From the NCBI GenBank assembly GCA_951406725.2, contig OX597815.1:95170001-95234000 (forward strand): a DNA stretch of 64,000 nucleotides. Direction: 5' to 3'. The notes beneath the pieces are model-generated. The model was not told the origin of the DNA and did not search any database. It was given only the letters and a program-made list of their open reading frames with translations. Position numbers and translations under genes: made by a program. Positions within the stretch are counted from its first letter, which is position 1, and each line of letters begins with the position of its first letter. Source of the stretch: Octopus vulgaris (Eukaryota). This document shows, piece by piece, positions 41,911 through 54,213 of this stretch.

Positions 41911-43876
41911 AGGAGTTGGTTATACCATACTAACATCTATAAGTTTATGCTGTCTGTAAACGAGTAATAATTAAATTTTATTCTATGAAATTCTATTAAA
42001 ACATATTAAAATAATTAAAATAAAAGATAGCTTATCAATGTAGCTTCATATTTAAATTGCATCTAGTATTGCGTAGGAGCTGATCATGTTAGTGTAGTTA
42101 TTGTTGTTGCTTCACTCAGTTAATTCTTACCGAGAGTACCCGTGATTAAAGGTATTCCAGCACATATCCCAACATTTATTACGGTGTATGACTATATTAT
42201 CCCATGTTTGTTTTTGATTTCCATATTTGAGACAAGAAGATAAAGAGTCATTTGCTGGAGAGTAGGTATCTCTAGCTATTTGAACATAGATATTTCGCTG
42301 TTGGTAAACGTTGCGTTTGCTTATTTTAAATTTATTTTGTTGCTGTTGTAGTTATTGTTCTGATGAGAATAAATACTAAATTTATGTAGAGTAATTAAAT
42401 GTAGTTTAGGGGATCCTATAGATGCTTCTCCATTGGGTCTCTTATGAAGTATGTGATGGTAACGATGATGGTGAAGACGAAGATGACAATGAGAATAATG
42501 TGGATGATACCGATGATGATCATGTGTCTATTCATTATAAGAGTGGTGAAGATGTTGGTGGGCGTCGTACTTGTAGGGGTTAAGGACAATGAGATGGTAG
42601 TAGAGGAAAGAAGAAGAGTATTTATGTTACTCTTACTGACAATGCTGATTATTTTGCTGATGATCAGACTGGTTATCTTTCAGATTTTGTTATCGTAAAA
42701 GAGTTGTAAATCTTCTAGAAAGCAGTCAACTTAATATTATGCCGAACGGCTAGTGTAGTAAATTTGTAATGAACGTCAAGTGTAGCAGCTCGTTAAGTAG
42801 ATCTTCGACATTCATTATAGAAAAATCAATAAAACTCTGCACTCACCAGGAATATGAAATAATAAACTGACTTAAACTGACCTCGGTGATGTCCGTCCAT
42901 TATCGGCATTCTTAACCGCACTACTTGATCAACTTCCATTATACACAGCAATTACTATTGTCACTCGCCGCTCCTAATTTACTAAGCCATACCTCATATC
43001 TATAGAATTTCAGACTCGAAGCTTTTGATATTTTTAACTGCTCAAGATTGAATAATTCAAATGCTTCGGTTATGAGTTTTACATAATTTTATTTTAACAT
43101 TAATTAATCAACAATGCCATTTTTAGTTATGCCGTTCACAAGAATGCCATTGAAATTTTATTGAATGCTAATTGGATGCACAGTCATTATTAGCTTTCCA
43201 ATGTCATATTCTATTTATGGTCAGTTGAAATTCTCAAAGTTAAGGATTTATGAAACTATACATAAAAGACCATCAGCAATAAGTCAGTTCAAATAATTTT
43301 ATGATGTTAAAGTAAATAAACAAGTTGTCATAAGTTACTTTACAAATCAAACGTAGAAGTATTAAATATTTTCATTCAATTGTTTCACTTGTGACTAAAT
43401 GTATCTAAAGTTTAGCATATACAGCTTTGTACAGAACAACCAGTAGATGTGAAGTAAAGTTTATTAGGAAATACAGGGCAGGTGAACAATAGGTTCATAT
43501 TAGCTGTATGATTAAAAGGTTCGAAACTTTGTAGATTTGGATTCAGTACCATTGCATGAAAAGGTAGGGGCTATAACAATGTGCTGATCAATGCTGTGTG
43601 AGTGAATATGGCGCGCACATGTGTATGTGTGTGTTTGTATGCGCCAATATATGTATGTGCTTATATTAGTTTAATTACGTAAGTACATGATACTGATTAC
43701 CGACCGTTGTTGGTTTCTTTATATTTCATGAGAAATATAAACCGCTAAAACAATTATCGCGCTTTAAATAAGTCCTCAGAGTGATTTGATAAAAGAACCA
43801 TTCAAAATTATGCTCCACTGTTTGTCAGATGTGGAAGAACTGAAAACCGGAAAACAAACTAAAAGATTTTTTTAAA

Positions 43877-44380
<504 letters not shown>

Positions 44381-44381
44381 T

Positions 44382-44456
44382 TGCAGGCGTGGCTGTGTGG
44401 TAAGAGGTTTGTGAGTCGAGTTAGTAGATTGAAACTGAAAGGAGCCCGTCGTATAT
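44382..44456 (+). mobile_element. Internally deleted SINE family B head
   Basis: gcaggcgtggctgtgtggtaagaggtttg joined to ..gaaactgaaaggagcccgtcgtatat. Confidence 0.65.
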
Positions 44457-44708
44457 CATAATTTGCACACCATAAAACATTAACAGGTGAAGACTAGATG
44501 AAACTTGACAACATTTTCAAAAATGAGAGGAGTGGTCGAAATTTGTTGAAGAAAGCCTAGACGAAAAGGAGGGCGTCACTTACATGTGAATCTCTGGCTT
44601 CTATAGACATAGCAGGGGATACTTTGCCATCAAGACCGAAGCAATAGTTTTAAGACGTAGAAGCAGCATTTTAGTCTTACGAGATAAATGGGTGCCACTA
44701 TATTACAT

Positions 44709-44757
<49 letters not shown>

Positions 44758-44824
44758 ATCTATCTATCTATCTATCTATCCATCTATCTATATCTATCTC
44801 TCTATCTATCTATATGATACTTTA

Positions 44825-45442
44825 AAGTATTAATTTATAAAAATATGGTAAAGTAAAAAATTCACTTTACCACACACCGAACTTATCAGAAATAGCAGCC
44901 AAAAATTTGGCTATTCCTTCAACTGCAAGTAAAAGTCTCCAGACAATGCATACTCAGAAAAATAACTCACATAGGTATAAGGGAAAAACAATGAAAGATC
45001 ACATCCATATAAGATACCCGAGGACAGCCTGTTTCTGGATTCGTGGGTTAAACGCCACTTTTCCTTCATCAGCTCAGAGATTTCTTCTGATTTAGATTTG
45101 AAAATACTAAGAGTCAAACATACCCGTCCGATATCTGTAACATCGGACAAACCATGCCAGACAACCAGTACTAGCGAATCCAAAAATACAAATGAGATCT
45201 ATTATTCTCCCTGTCCACCCACGTGAGTCATAGAGTAGTATATTCCTACAGAGGCAAAAACCGTATTTCAAATTCTTGGAGAGAAAGCATTATATTGTCA
45301 GTAAAAAAGGGTGGAATTAATTAATTGTTAATGAATTCGACCAAGCAGTATTCGGTATGTAAAAAGACCATTTACGGTATATTTGAAGTATTAATTTATA
45401 AAAATATGGTAAAGTAAAAAATTCACTTTACCACACACCGAA
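44825..45442 (-). mobile_element. Non-coding retrozyme/PLE-pLTR-like element bounded by identical 57-bp direct repeats
   Basis: aagtattaatttataaaaatatggtaaagtaaaaaattcactttaccacacaccgaa occurs at 44825-44881 and 45386-45442, with a hammerhead inside. Confidence 0.75.
45018..45077 (-). ncRNA. Type I hammerhead ribozyme (canonical core, GUC site)
   Basis: Reverse strand: ctgag-CTGATGA-a-gga-aaa-gtgg...ccac-gaa-tcc-a-GAAA-caggctg-TC-ctcgg. Stem I is 5 bp (one G-U), and stem III acag/ctgt has a 1-nt loop. Confidence 0.85.
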
Positions 45443-46019
45443 TACTTTAGATAGATAGACTGATAGGTTGATATATAAATAAATTAATACCTATATACGT
45501 AGATTGACAGTTATAGCCAGCATGCGTACATAATGTTTGCATCAATCAAAGTTTACAAAATAAGCGTTGATCTGTTTGTGAACATAGTAAACTTCGTACT
45601 AAAGTGCAGTACTGACTGTGTTAAAAGGCAGTGTATAATCACATGCGCGTATCTATTTATCATTTTGGAAATGCTGAACATGTTTGCTTAGTAATAGAAT
45701 GCATAGTACATGATTGTGCAATGTCTATTATCCCATCGGAGGTCGAAGTTTTTTTATTTTAGGATGTGCATTCTCTTATTGCTCTATCTTGAAATCTACC
45801 AATCTAGAATGATAATTAGTCAAAGAGACATATACGTGCATCATACTCTAAACGACGGCAACAAAACTTATTTTATATACACGAAGGGATTACTTTTATT
45901 GCTGCTTAATTCGAGATCAGAACTGACAGATTAAGGACGACAAGATTGCTTTGTTTTACAATTGAGCCACATAGAGCTAGATAATTCTTTCTACTATAGG
46001 CGCAATGAATGACACTTTG

Positions 46020-46195
46020 GGGCAGAGTGTAGACGATTTCATCGAGCCTAGGGCTTAACTGGTAAGTATGATATATTATCGATCCTGAAGGAATGAAAGC
46101 CATAGTCGATCTCGGTGGACTCTGAACTCAGAATGTAAAGCTGGAAGAAATACCGCTAAGCACTTTGTCCAGTATTCTAACAATTCTTCCAAATT
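46020..46195 (-). mobile_element. SINE family A
   Basis: aactggtaag...atcgatcctgaaggaatgaaagccatagtcgatctcggtggactctgaactcagaatgtaaag. Confidence 0.75.
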
Positions 46196-47799
46196 CTACA
46201 AGAATACGATGCGTTCTCTTTTCTCTATAAACGCTCTACTGTGATGTGAGGAAAATGAGTTTCTATAGAATGAGTAGCTACAATGTGGTCGCAAGAATAC
46301 TGTTAGAGGCGTACTACTGAAAAACATTCATGGCGGCGGGGTTAGGCTACACTCATGGTAAGAATACATTAAGTACTTTGTAACAAAGCCCTCCCGCGAC
46401 TCAATGTTTGATTGAGAGATGTTTAATATATAATATAGATTTACAATATTCCTCATATTGTGAATTCTAAGAGCAATATAAATTCTAAGAGCAATATAAA
46501 TTCATCTCTGCAACAAAATATTTTCTAATCTAATTTCTCGGACGGCCATCGAAGCAAACATGTAATGCAGAGAAAGCTTGAAAAGAAGATTCCTAAAATT
46601 TATAACCAAAATTGTGAAAGTTGTATCATACTCGATGTTTGCAAATGCGTAATAAAACATTTTCTCAAAGAAAGAAAAGCATCCGTATATGATCACCGAG
46701 CTCGGAATTACACCCATAAATCAGTGAATAAAATTATTCAACTGCCCTTTGTTAGAATACGATCAATGGTTGACGACTTATTGTTCACTACACAATATAG
46801 CTTTTCAGCCTTCGGAAGTTGTCCGAAGCAAATACATGTGTTAAAATGGGTCTATTGGAACAACATAGAACGGTATGGTTCAGATCCATTGTTCTTATAT
46901 TTATTGATTTCACTAACGCGTTTTAGTTCATAAATCCTTGAGTTCCGTTCAATATACAAAGTTGGAATTTCTATAACGCTTGTCACTATAATGCAAAGTT
47001 CATAAGGAAAGCGAAATACTTTTGTTGTGGTTAATTGTAAGTAAGCAAATGCTATTGTGTATTACAAAAGTATATTACTTCAAGCTACGCATGCTTAGTA
47101 TCTGTTCATCATTTTAGAGAGATAGGCTCAAAACTTCAAAATGTGTTAGGAATAAAAAGGATTTTCTGTGAAAATTTATTAAAATCACAATGATACGTAT
47201 GCGTCAACAGCATTAAATACAAAATTAAGAAGGAAAACGAATGGGATGGAAATGACAATAAACATAGACGAGCTAGACGAGCTAAATATCCAGATGTGAT
47301 ACGCAGTGGCTACATAAAAGTTGCCCATACACACGAGCTGAAAATGTTACAACAGACAAACTATATTCTACAAATTAAGCATAGCAATTAGCTGATCATT
47401 TTTGACAGAATACTATATCTCGCAAATCAAGTGTAGTAGTTAGTTTAAACTGAAATATCTTGTAATAATGGAATCAGTACAGCAGCTTGCATATCTCTTT
47501 ATTAAATTATTTGCATGCGAATCTTGAAGTTTGGAAAAAGAGCGTTAAAATGACTAAAAGGGAAATAGCGAAACTGAACACACGTGCAAGAATTTGGTAC
47601 TAAGTGAATTGCAGCAATGGCACAAAATGCCTGTAGTTGATATGTATATGGATATGGCTGGGGAATATATCAAGAATACATATTGTTGAGTTACAGCTTT
47701 ACGGTTACCACACAACATGTACACGCGCACACGCATACACACACACACGTATATGCATGTATACATATACTTGTATAATTGAGTGTGTGTATATATAGG

Positions 47800-47990
47800 T
47801 AGAGTTCACGAAAGCACAAAAGACGAAGACAGGTGGTGTAGAAAACAAACAGATGTATTAATATAACGCTCAGGAAGTGAAAAAAGTCTTTCATGTTTCG
47901 AGCCTACGCTCTTCTACAGAAAGGAACACAGAAAGAAACAAGGAGAGAAGCAAGGAGAGAAGCAAGGAGAGAAACAAATGTGTGTAGTGG
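47800..47990 (-). mobile_element. PLE/retrozyme-like repeat with a variant hammerhead-like motif (47888-47923)
   Basis: Reverse strand: cttt-CTGTAGA-a-gagc-gtag-gctc-GAAA-catg-aaag, then ttcctgagcgtt. Related to the 16.1-16.3 kb element. Confidence 0.55.
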
Positions 47991-47996
47991 CTACCG

Positions 47997-48068
<72 letters not shown>

Positions 48069-48093
48069 GTCTATCTATCTATCTATCTATCTA

Positions 48094-48162
<69 letters not shown>

Positions 48163-48341
48163 TTTCAAAAAGTTTAACGAAAACATTGACACACTAGAAA
48201 AAAACTTCTTCCCAAAACCGGTGACATCCTAATAGCAGATTTCACGAGATTTTTTAAAAAGATAATTTCTTTTAAGAAATCACCTCTACACTTCAAAAAC
48301 CGAATCAAGAAATCTTCATAGACTTTCAAATATATATATTT

Positions 48342-48414
48342 GTCGCTGTGAATTGAACTCACGACCTTACAATGCTGAGTCGAATGCCCTAACCACTAAG
48401 ACATGCGCCTTCAC
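48342..48414 (-). mobile_element. Isolated tRNA-derived SINE head
   Basis: Reverse strand gtgaaggcgcatgtcttagtggttagggcattcg...gtcgtgagttcaattc has A/B-box-like motifs but no paired acceptor stem. Confidence 0.6.
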
Positions 48415-48461
48415 CCTTTGCCTATATTTACCAAAATTACATAAAAATATCTTGAAATACT

Positions 48462-49500
48462 AAAGAGTACCTTTATTCAATAAAATCGCCATTGGCTGCA
48501 ACTACAGTCTACACACGATTTTGGAATCTCCTGCAACTTTTCTGGATGCTCTGCTTGCTTAAGTTAGTGAATGCTTCCACAATCCTTGCCTTCAGTTCAT
48601 CTTTGGTATTACAAGGCGTTTTGTTGCTGTCTCGCTCAACTGCGTCCCACACATAATAATCAATGGGGCGGCAGTCTAGGGACTTATGTAGTCAGATTTT
48701 AGTGGTGATGTGGTCGCAGAAATTATCTGACAGCTATGACTGCATTCTGCTGGGTCGTGTTGCCAGACACAGGGTCTTTCAGCAGCCATCCTCCTGACCC
48801 ACAACAGCACTTGACGTTGAAACTTGGTGTGTCAAGTCTAAGGCCGTATAGGAAGATGAATGGAGGTGTAACTTCGCCATCATTAGTCACCACTCTAAAC
48901 ACTATGATGTTAACTGGATGTTAAATATTTATAACTCTCGGTACATGTTTTGGGGACACAGCAGTGCAAGTTGTTCTGTGTGTTCCCCATCTATACCCTT
49001 GCAGAAATTTTCTTGTCTGAGAAAAACCAAAGCCCGTTCGGTTGGAGGGGATCAATTGAGTTTGTTCAAAAGCCTCCTAGCGCGCTCTTTACTCTTTTCT
49101 TTGACGGCTTGTGATACAAATTAGCTCTTTCTCATCTTGTATGAGGAAAACAGAATGTCGTCTTGCACTACCTGCCTGATAAGAAGCTCAGACACTCCCA
49201 TGTCCCTAGCGATGGACCTGATTGATTTGGAGGGATTGTTGTCGATTATGACCTGGATCTCACCAACAAATTCAGGTGTTCATTTCTTATCAGAACGATC
49301 AGATTGAGTTTTCCTGGCTGCCGTACGTTCGTAATTATCATTAAACTCATCCAACCGTTTCCGAATCCTCTGCACTGTCCTGAGAAATGTTCATATTGGA
49401 GTTTCTGGTGCGAATGCCAAGCAGTACAGCATGTATTTCCCAAATTTCTGGTAGAGTGAATTGCACAATGGTGCTATTTTACCCACAGACAGTGCTCTAC
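48462..49500 (-). mobile_element. Tc1/mariner superfamily transposase pseudogene (maT/DD37D-like)
   Basis: Minus strand: RTVQRIRKRLDE...IIDNNPSKSIRSIARDMGVSELLIRQVV..YKMRK...FFSD...SLDCRPIDYYVWDAVER..NTKDELKARI...CRRFQNRV..VVAANGDFIE, with many stops and frameshifts. Confidence 0.85.
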
Positions 49501-49546
49501 TGTGTAGTCGACAAAATACAAAACAAACAATGCACATGCGCGAAAG

Positions 49547-49609
<63 letters not shown>

Positions 49610-49648
49610 AATATACATAAGAAATATATATATATATATATATATATA

Positions 49649-50700
49649 TTCTCTAGTTTCAGCTCAGAGCGGCGGCCATGCTGATGCACCACCGTTTTGC
49701 GACTCTGTTATTACTGAGAGCCTCCTGTAATGTCTGGCACTTGGTGAAGAATGGAGTTTGATATAGCTACCCTCATCTGCACCTATTGCCGTGAGGTAGG
49801 TTCATCTGGGACTCTCGACAGAAAGAGATCTAGCTTTGATTTTAAAACCCCTACATCTGTTTTATGCAAGTTCCTCAGGCTCTTTGGGAGAATATTAAAA
49901 AGCTGTGGGCCCTTAAAACCTAGGCTGTTGCAGTAACTGGTCCTGAAGCGTGATGGCATTGCTGGGAGCTTTGGCACTATGAAGTGCCGTCCCGTTCTGG
50001 CATCGGTGTAGCTTTCAATACCAAAATTTGGCACAATTCCTTCCAGGATCTTCCAGAGATATATTACTGCACACTTCTTCCGCCTTCTCTCCGGGGAGTA
50101 GAGTCTTAGCTGTTTTAACCTTACCCAGTAGCTGAGCTGTTTCAAAGAGACAATCTACTTTCTGAATCTTCTCTGGATTGCTTCAAGGTCCGCTCTTAAT
50201 TTCACACTGGTGGGTGACCATACAGTGAGCAGTAATCCAGGCAGCTGAGGACGAATGTCCGCCAGAGCACCATCATGGTTTCCTTATCTCTGATTCTGAA
50301 TGTTCTTAGGATCCATCCAGCCAGTCGTCTGCACTTTGTCACCATCCTGGTAATGTGCACATGGAAAGAGGTATCATCACTCATGTTGATACCCAGGTCC
50401 CACACTGACTTAGGCTCTGGGATTGAAATTCTCTGTTGACAGGTGTACCCTGAAAGATTCATATTCAGTAGTGGATGCTGGTAGCGCAGGGCTTGACATT
50501 TTTCATCATTAAACTGCATATTATTTTCCTCAGTCCATCTGTAAATTGAGTCCAACTCCTGCTGCATGTGTGCAACATTGCTGGGATTCTGTATTTTCTG
50601 CGAGATTTTTCGTATCATCTGCATAGCTTGCCCGAGTGGCTATCCGGGCATATCTGAGAGGGCCACTATAAAAAGCAGTCGTCCCAAGACAGTGCCCTGT
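49649..50700 (-). mobile_element. 5'-truncated CR1-group LINE (RT C-terminus plus 3' tail), frameshifted
   Basis: QGTVLG..SYADDTK..QQELDSIYRWTEENNMQFN..DLGI..LAGWILRTF..LDYCS..SYWVRLKQLRLYSPERRR..KLDLFLSRVPDEP. Same broad group as 1-625. Confidence 0.9.
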
Positions 50701-50824
50701 ATATAACACTATAAATAATATATAAATATATGCAAATATACACACATATGTATATATGCATATATTTATATATTATTTATATTGTTATATGATCGAACGC
50801 CACGCATCCTTTTCCAAGTAAGAT

Positions 50825-50914
<90 letters not shown>

Positions 50915-51088
50915 GTATGTATGTATATCTAAAATGAAAATGGCCAAGTAACATGGTCGATGGGAAAAACTTCTCTCTAACTCTTAAAATAGCTGGCCTT
51001 GTGACTAAATCAACACCGCCTTCTCAACAACAACTCTCTCCTCCTCCTCCTCCTCCTCCTCCTCCTCCTCCTCCTCCTCCTCCTCCTC

Positions 51089-51137
<49 letters not shown>

Positions 51138-51243
51138 AGCGTATCAAGAATGAAGAGATACCTTATTGCTTAGATTGTCGCTGTTTTGTGTGCACTCGGT
51201 AGTCATCGGAATACATATATACCATTATGGGAAAATTATAGTC

Positions 51244-51408
51244 GTCAACTAAACGTGTATAACACTTAAATTGTTAGAAATGTGAGCTAAAATTCCCCAG
51301 TGCTGTTACAAATTATATGTTATGTGCTTTGTAATTGCAGTGAAGCATTTTAGCTCGTATTTTTAGTAATGTAGGTGTTATTCACACCCTTAGTCAAGTC
51401 TAGTTGAC
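51244..51408. repeat. Imperfect palindrome (MITE-like)
   Basis: Nested inverted pairs gtcaacta/tagttgac, ataacac/gtgttat, gagctaaaat/attttagctc and ttacaaa/tttgtaa. Confidence 0.65.
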
Positions 51409-52321
51409 AATATATATATATATATATATATAGATATATATGCAAGGGGATGCCAAAAATTACCTGTACTTTTGCCATAACATATCTTTATTATTGTCAC
51501 ATTGCCTTCTGTGCATGCGTGCTTATAGTTGGCACTATTGTGGTCACGTGATCGACGTTTGAACCCGATTGCGCCATTTTTGTTTCTGGCTTTACAGTGT
51601 AAGCAAGGCCGCTCCACTAGCAATGTGAACCAAAGAACAGGGTCAAACAGAATATACGTAAACTTACTGTTACTAACCGTCTGTGGAGTGTTACGCATAT
51701 GACTCTTCTCTTTCTCACTTTCTCTCTCACCCTGTTACTTACTTTGCAAGCCTGGCTTCTTTGCCCCTTTTCTCTCTCGCTCTCTCGTATTTGTAGCCAT
51801 TCTCCTTTACCACTTTCTTTCCTTCCTTATTTTCTCTCTATCTTCTCCCTGCCGCTGTCTCTCCCTTCCTTCTCTGCCTGCTGCTGAAGCATGAGGCATG
51901 ACCAGTTTTCCTTTATTCTCTCTTTATCACTGGTCACCCAGCGGTTCGGTCACCTGAAAGCTTTCTATCTTGCAATTTACTGTATCCCTCAAGATTTTTT
52001 CAAAGCGTTACCCACCATTCTTGTCTTTTGGTCGCTTCGTTTCGTCTTTGTCATTTTGTCTGCTGGAGGCCTGATTCTCTGCGCCTTCCACAGTCACCGC
52101 CAAGATGGGAAGCCCGTCGGTCTTAGCATTACCATTCTGGTTGATAACCGATGAAGAATTAGGGACACTGTGCCTTATACGCATACGTTTTTTTATCTGT
52201 CGTTTATTTACAATGCATTTTTCATTTACATACACACATTCATACATACAAACATACACATACATACATACATACATACATACATACACATACATAATAC
52301 ATACATACATACATACATACA

Positions 52322-52353
<32 letters not shown>

Positions 52354-53657
52354 GTTCAGATTGTGTCTTGAAGTTGAGGAGATATTAAGTTACAAAGTTA
52401 TCATCGAATGTTATATTCCTGGGTATTATTCAAGGCATTAATGTAGTTTCTGGCTTCTTTGTTCGAATTGAAAATGCAATAAAATACGTGATACTTAGCA
52501 ACAATAGCATACGAGTTGGATTGTTGAGAGCCATAGCAAGGGAGTCATGAAATTGATATCATTGTTAAAGAACAAAAGTTTATTTGAATTTTCTCAACTA
52601 GAAAATATTTATAAAACCTGCAGCATTTATAAAAAGCAAACGTTTATCCATCTAAAGCAAATCATTATCCATCTAAAGAATTAAAACCTTGAAAAAGAAC
52701 TCATAGAATATCTTATTAGTCATAAATTCTTACGGGGGAATTCACAATTGCTTTTTGCCGTTTCGAAATCTGCATAAAACAGTATTTATCTTGACAAAAA
52801 CCAATCTCGCAATTCCAAAGTCAACTTTTACCTGATATATTACGTTATTTTATGGACTATATCTTCTTTTATTAAAGTAAATATACATTATATTAACCTC
52901 CCTACTGCAGAACTCTTCATTCATAATAATAATGACGATTATTCTCGTCGATTTCGATATATGTGTGGTTGAAGGAAAGAATAAAGATAAAACAAAAGAA
53001 GCTGCATCGATTTGCGATGGCTGCCTGAATATAATTTGGGCCCAAGTATGGATTTGCTCTGAAGACACAAGGGTAACAATAATGGCTTTGATTTTGCCTG
53101 AGACTGAACAAATGTGCCTGTTGATTAGAGGATAAAGTTTTTATGTTTGTTTCTTCAACTGAAATTATTTATACTCATCATGAGAGATTTTATGCCTCTC
53201 ATATCGGCCGAGACAATAATTTTCCCAAGATGTTAAATTAAACTGCAGGTATTGTAGTGATTGTTTCAACACATCCTCGTATCTTTGCCGCGGAATCCCT
53301 CTACTTATTAACCATCCAGAATATTTTTATACACATTTATTTTAGTTTCCAGGCCGACACCATATTCATCTCACAAAGGATGAGAAAGTTTTCGAAAAGC
53401 ACTTGTAGTCTTAGATACCCTAATATTGATTCCATCATAAAGAGGACTCTTATGGTGTATTGTACTTTTAAGATATTAAGATAACGTGACCGATTTCAAT
53501 GGCTTGTCATCACATTTGAATCTTGAATATATTCTGTATCAGGCTTTGGTTGGAATAAATATTCATTCTTCTTAAAGCTGATAGCCAGCCCAAATAATAA
53601 TAACAACAATAACAACAAAAAAAACAAAACGACGACGACAACAACAGCAACAACAGC

Positions 53658-53724
<67 letters not shown>

Positions 53725-53727
<3 letters not shown>

Positions 53728-54213
53728 GCCCTGATGCAGTACCAGGCAATGGCTCTCATGGCTCCTGATCTTAACTGATTGGAAGTGTTATCATGTACAT
53801 TGTTTTGTCTTGGTATAAAAGATAGGCTACAGCAAATATTCTCCTCAATACCACAGATTTGCTTGTCAGTTGTTTGATCTTAACCAGTTGAGCATGTCCC
53901 TTGGCAGACATAATGGGGATGCATTATAGCGATGTGTTGAGATATATTCTTTGGGATTTGAATAATTCACCTCTGGAAACATTGGTGCTTAGCTCATCCG
54001 CCATTTTGAGGGGGATGAGCTACTCGACCTGAAGGAAATTTTAAATGGGCCGCATCTGCAAGGTCATGCACTGTTAATTTCGATATAAGATCACAATATC
54101 GCACACATATGTTTCTGATGCATGTGCAGATGGGTAGTCATCAGATGAGTATATTGGGCTTCGTATAATTGTACTCAAGTGTCACTTTGATGACGTGCGC
54201 TGCTCTCTCGCTC
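53725..54213 (+). mobile_element. Non-coding ~490 bp insert within an (AAT)n array
   Basis: GC-richer block starting aatgccctgatgcagtaccaggcaatggctctcatggc with (AAT)n on both sides. The start resembles the sequence after (AAT)n at 29492. Confidence 0.5.

Noticed and set aside
46463-46503. Short tandem duplication aattctaagagcaatata x2 (similarly 21072-21140)
   Set aside because: Ordinary local slippage duplications with no further structure.
48342-48414. tRNA gene call (also 36097-36162)
   Set aside because: A/B-box-like motifs are present but no complete cloverleaf; they are better explained as SINE heads.
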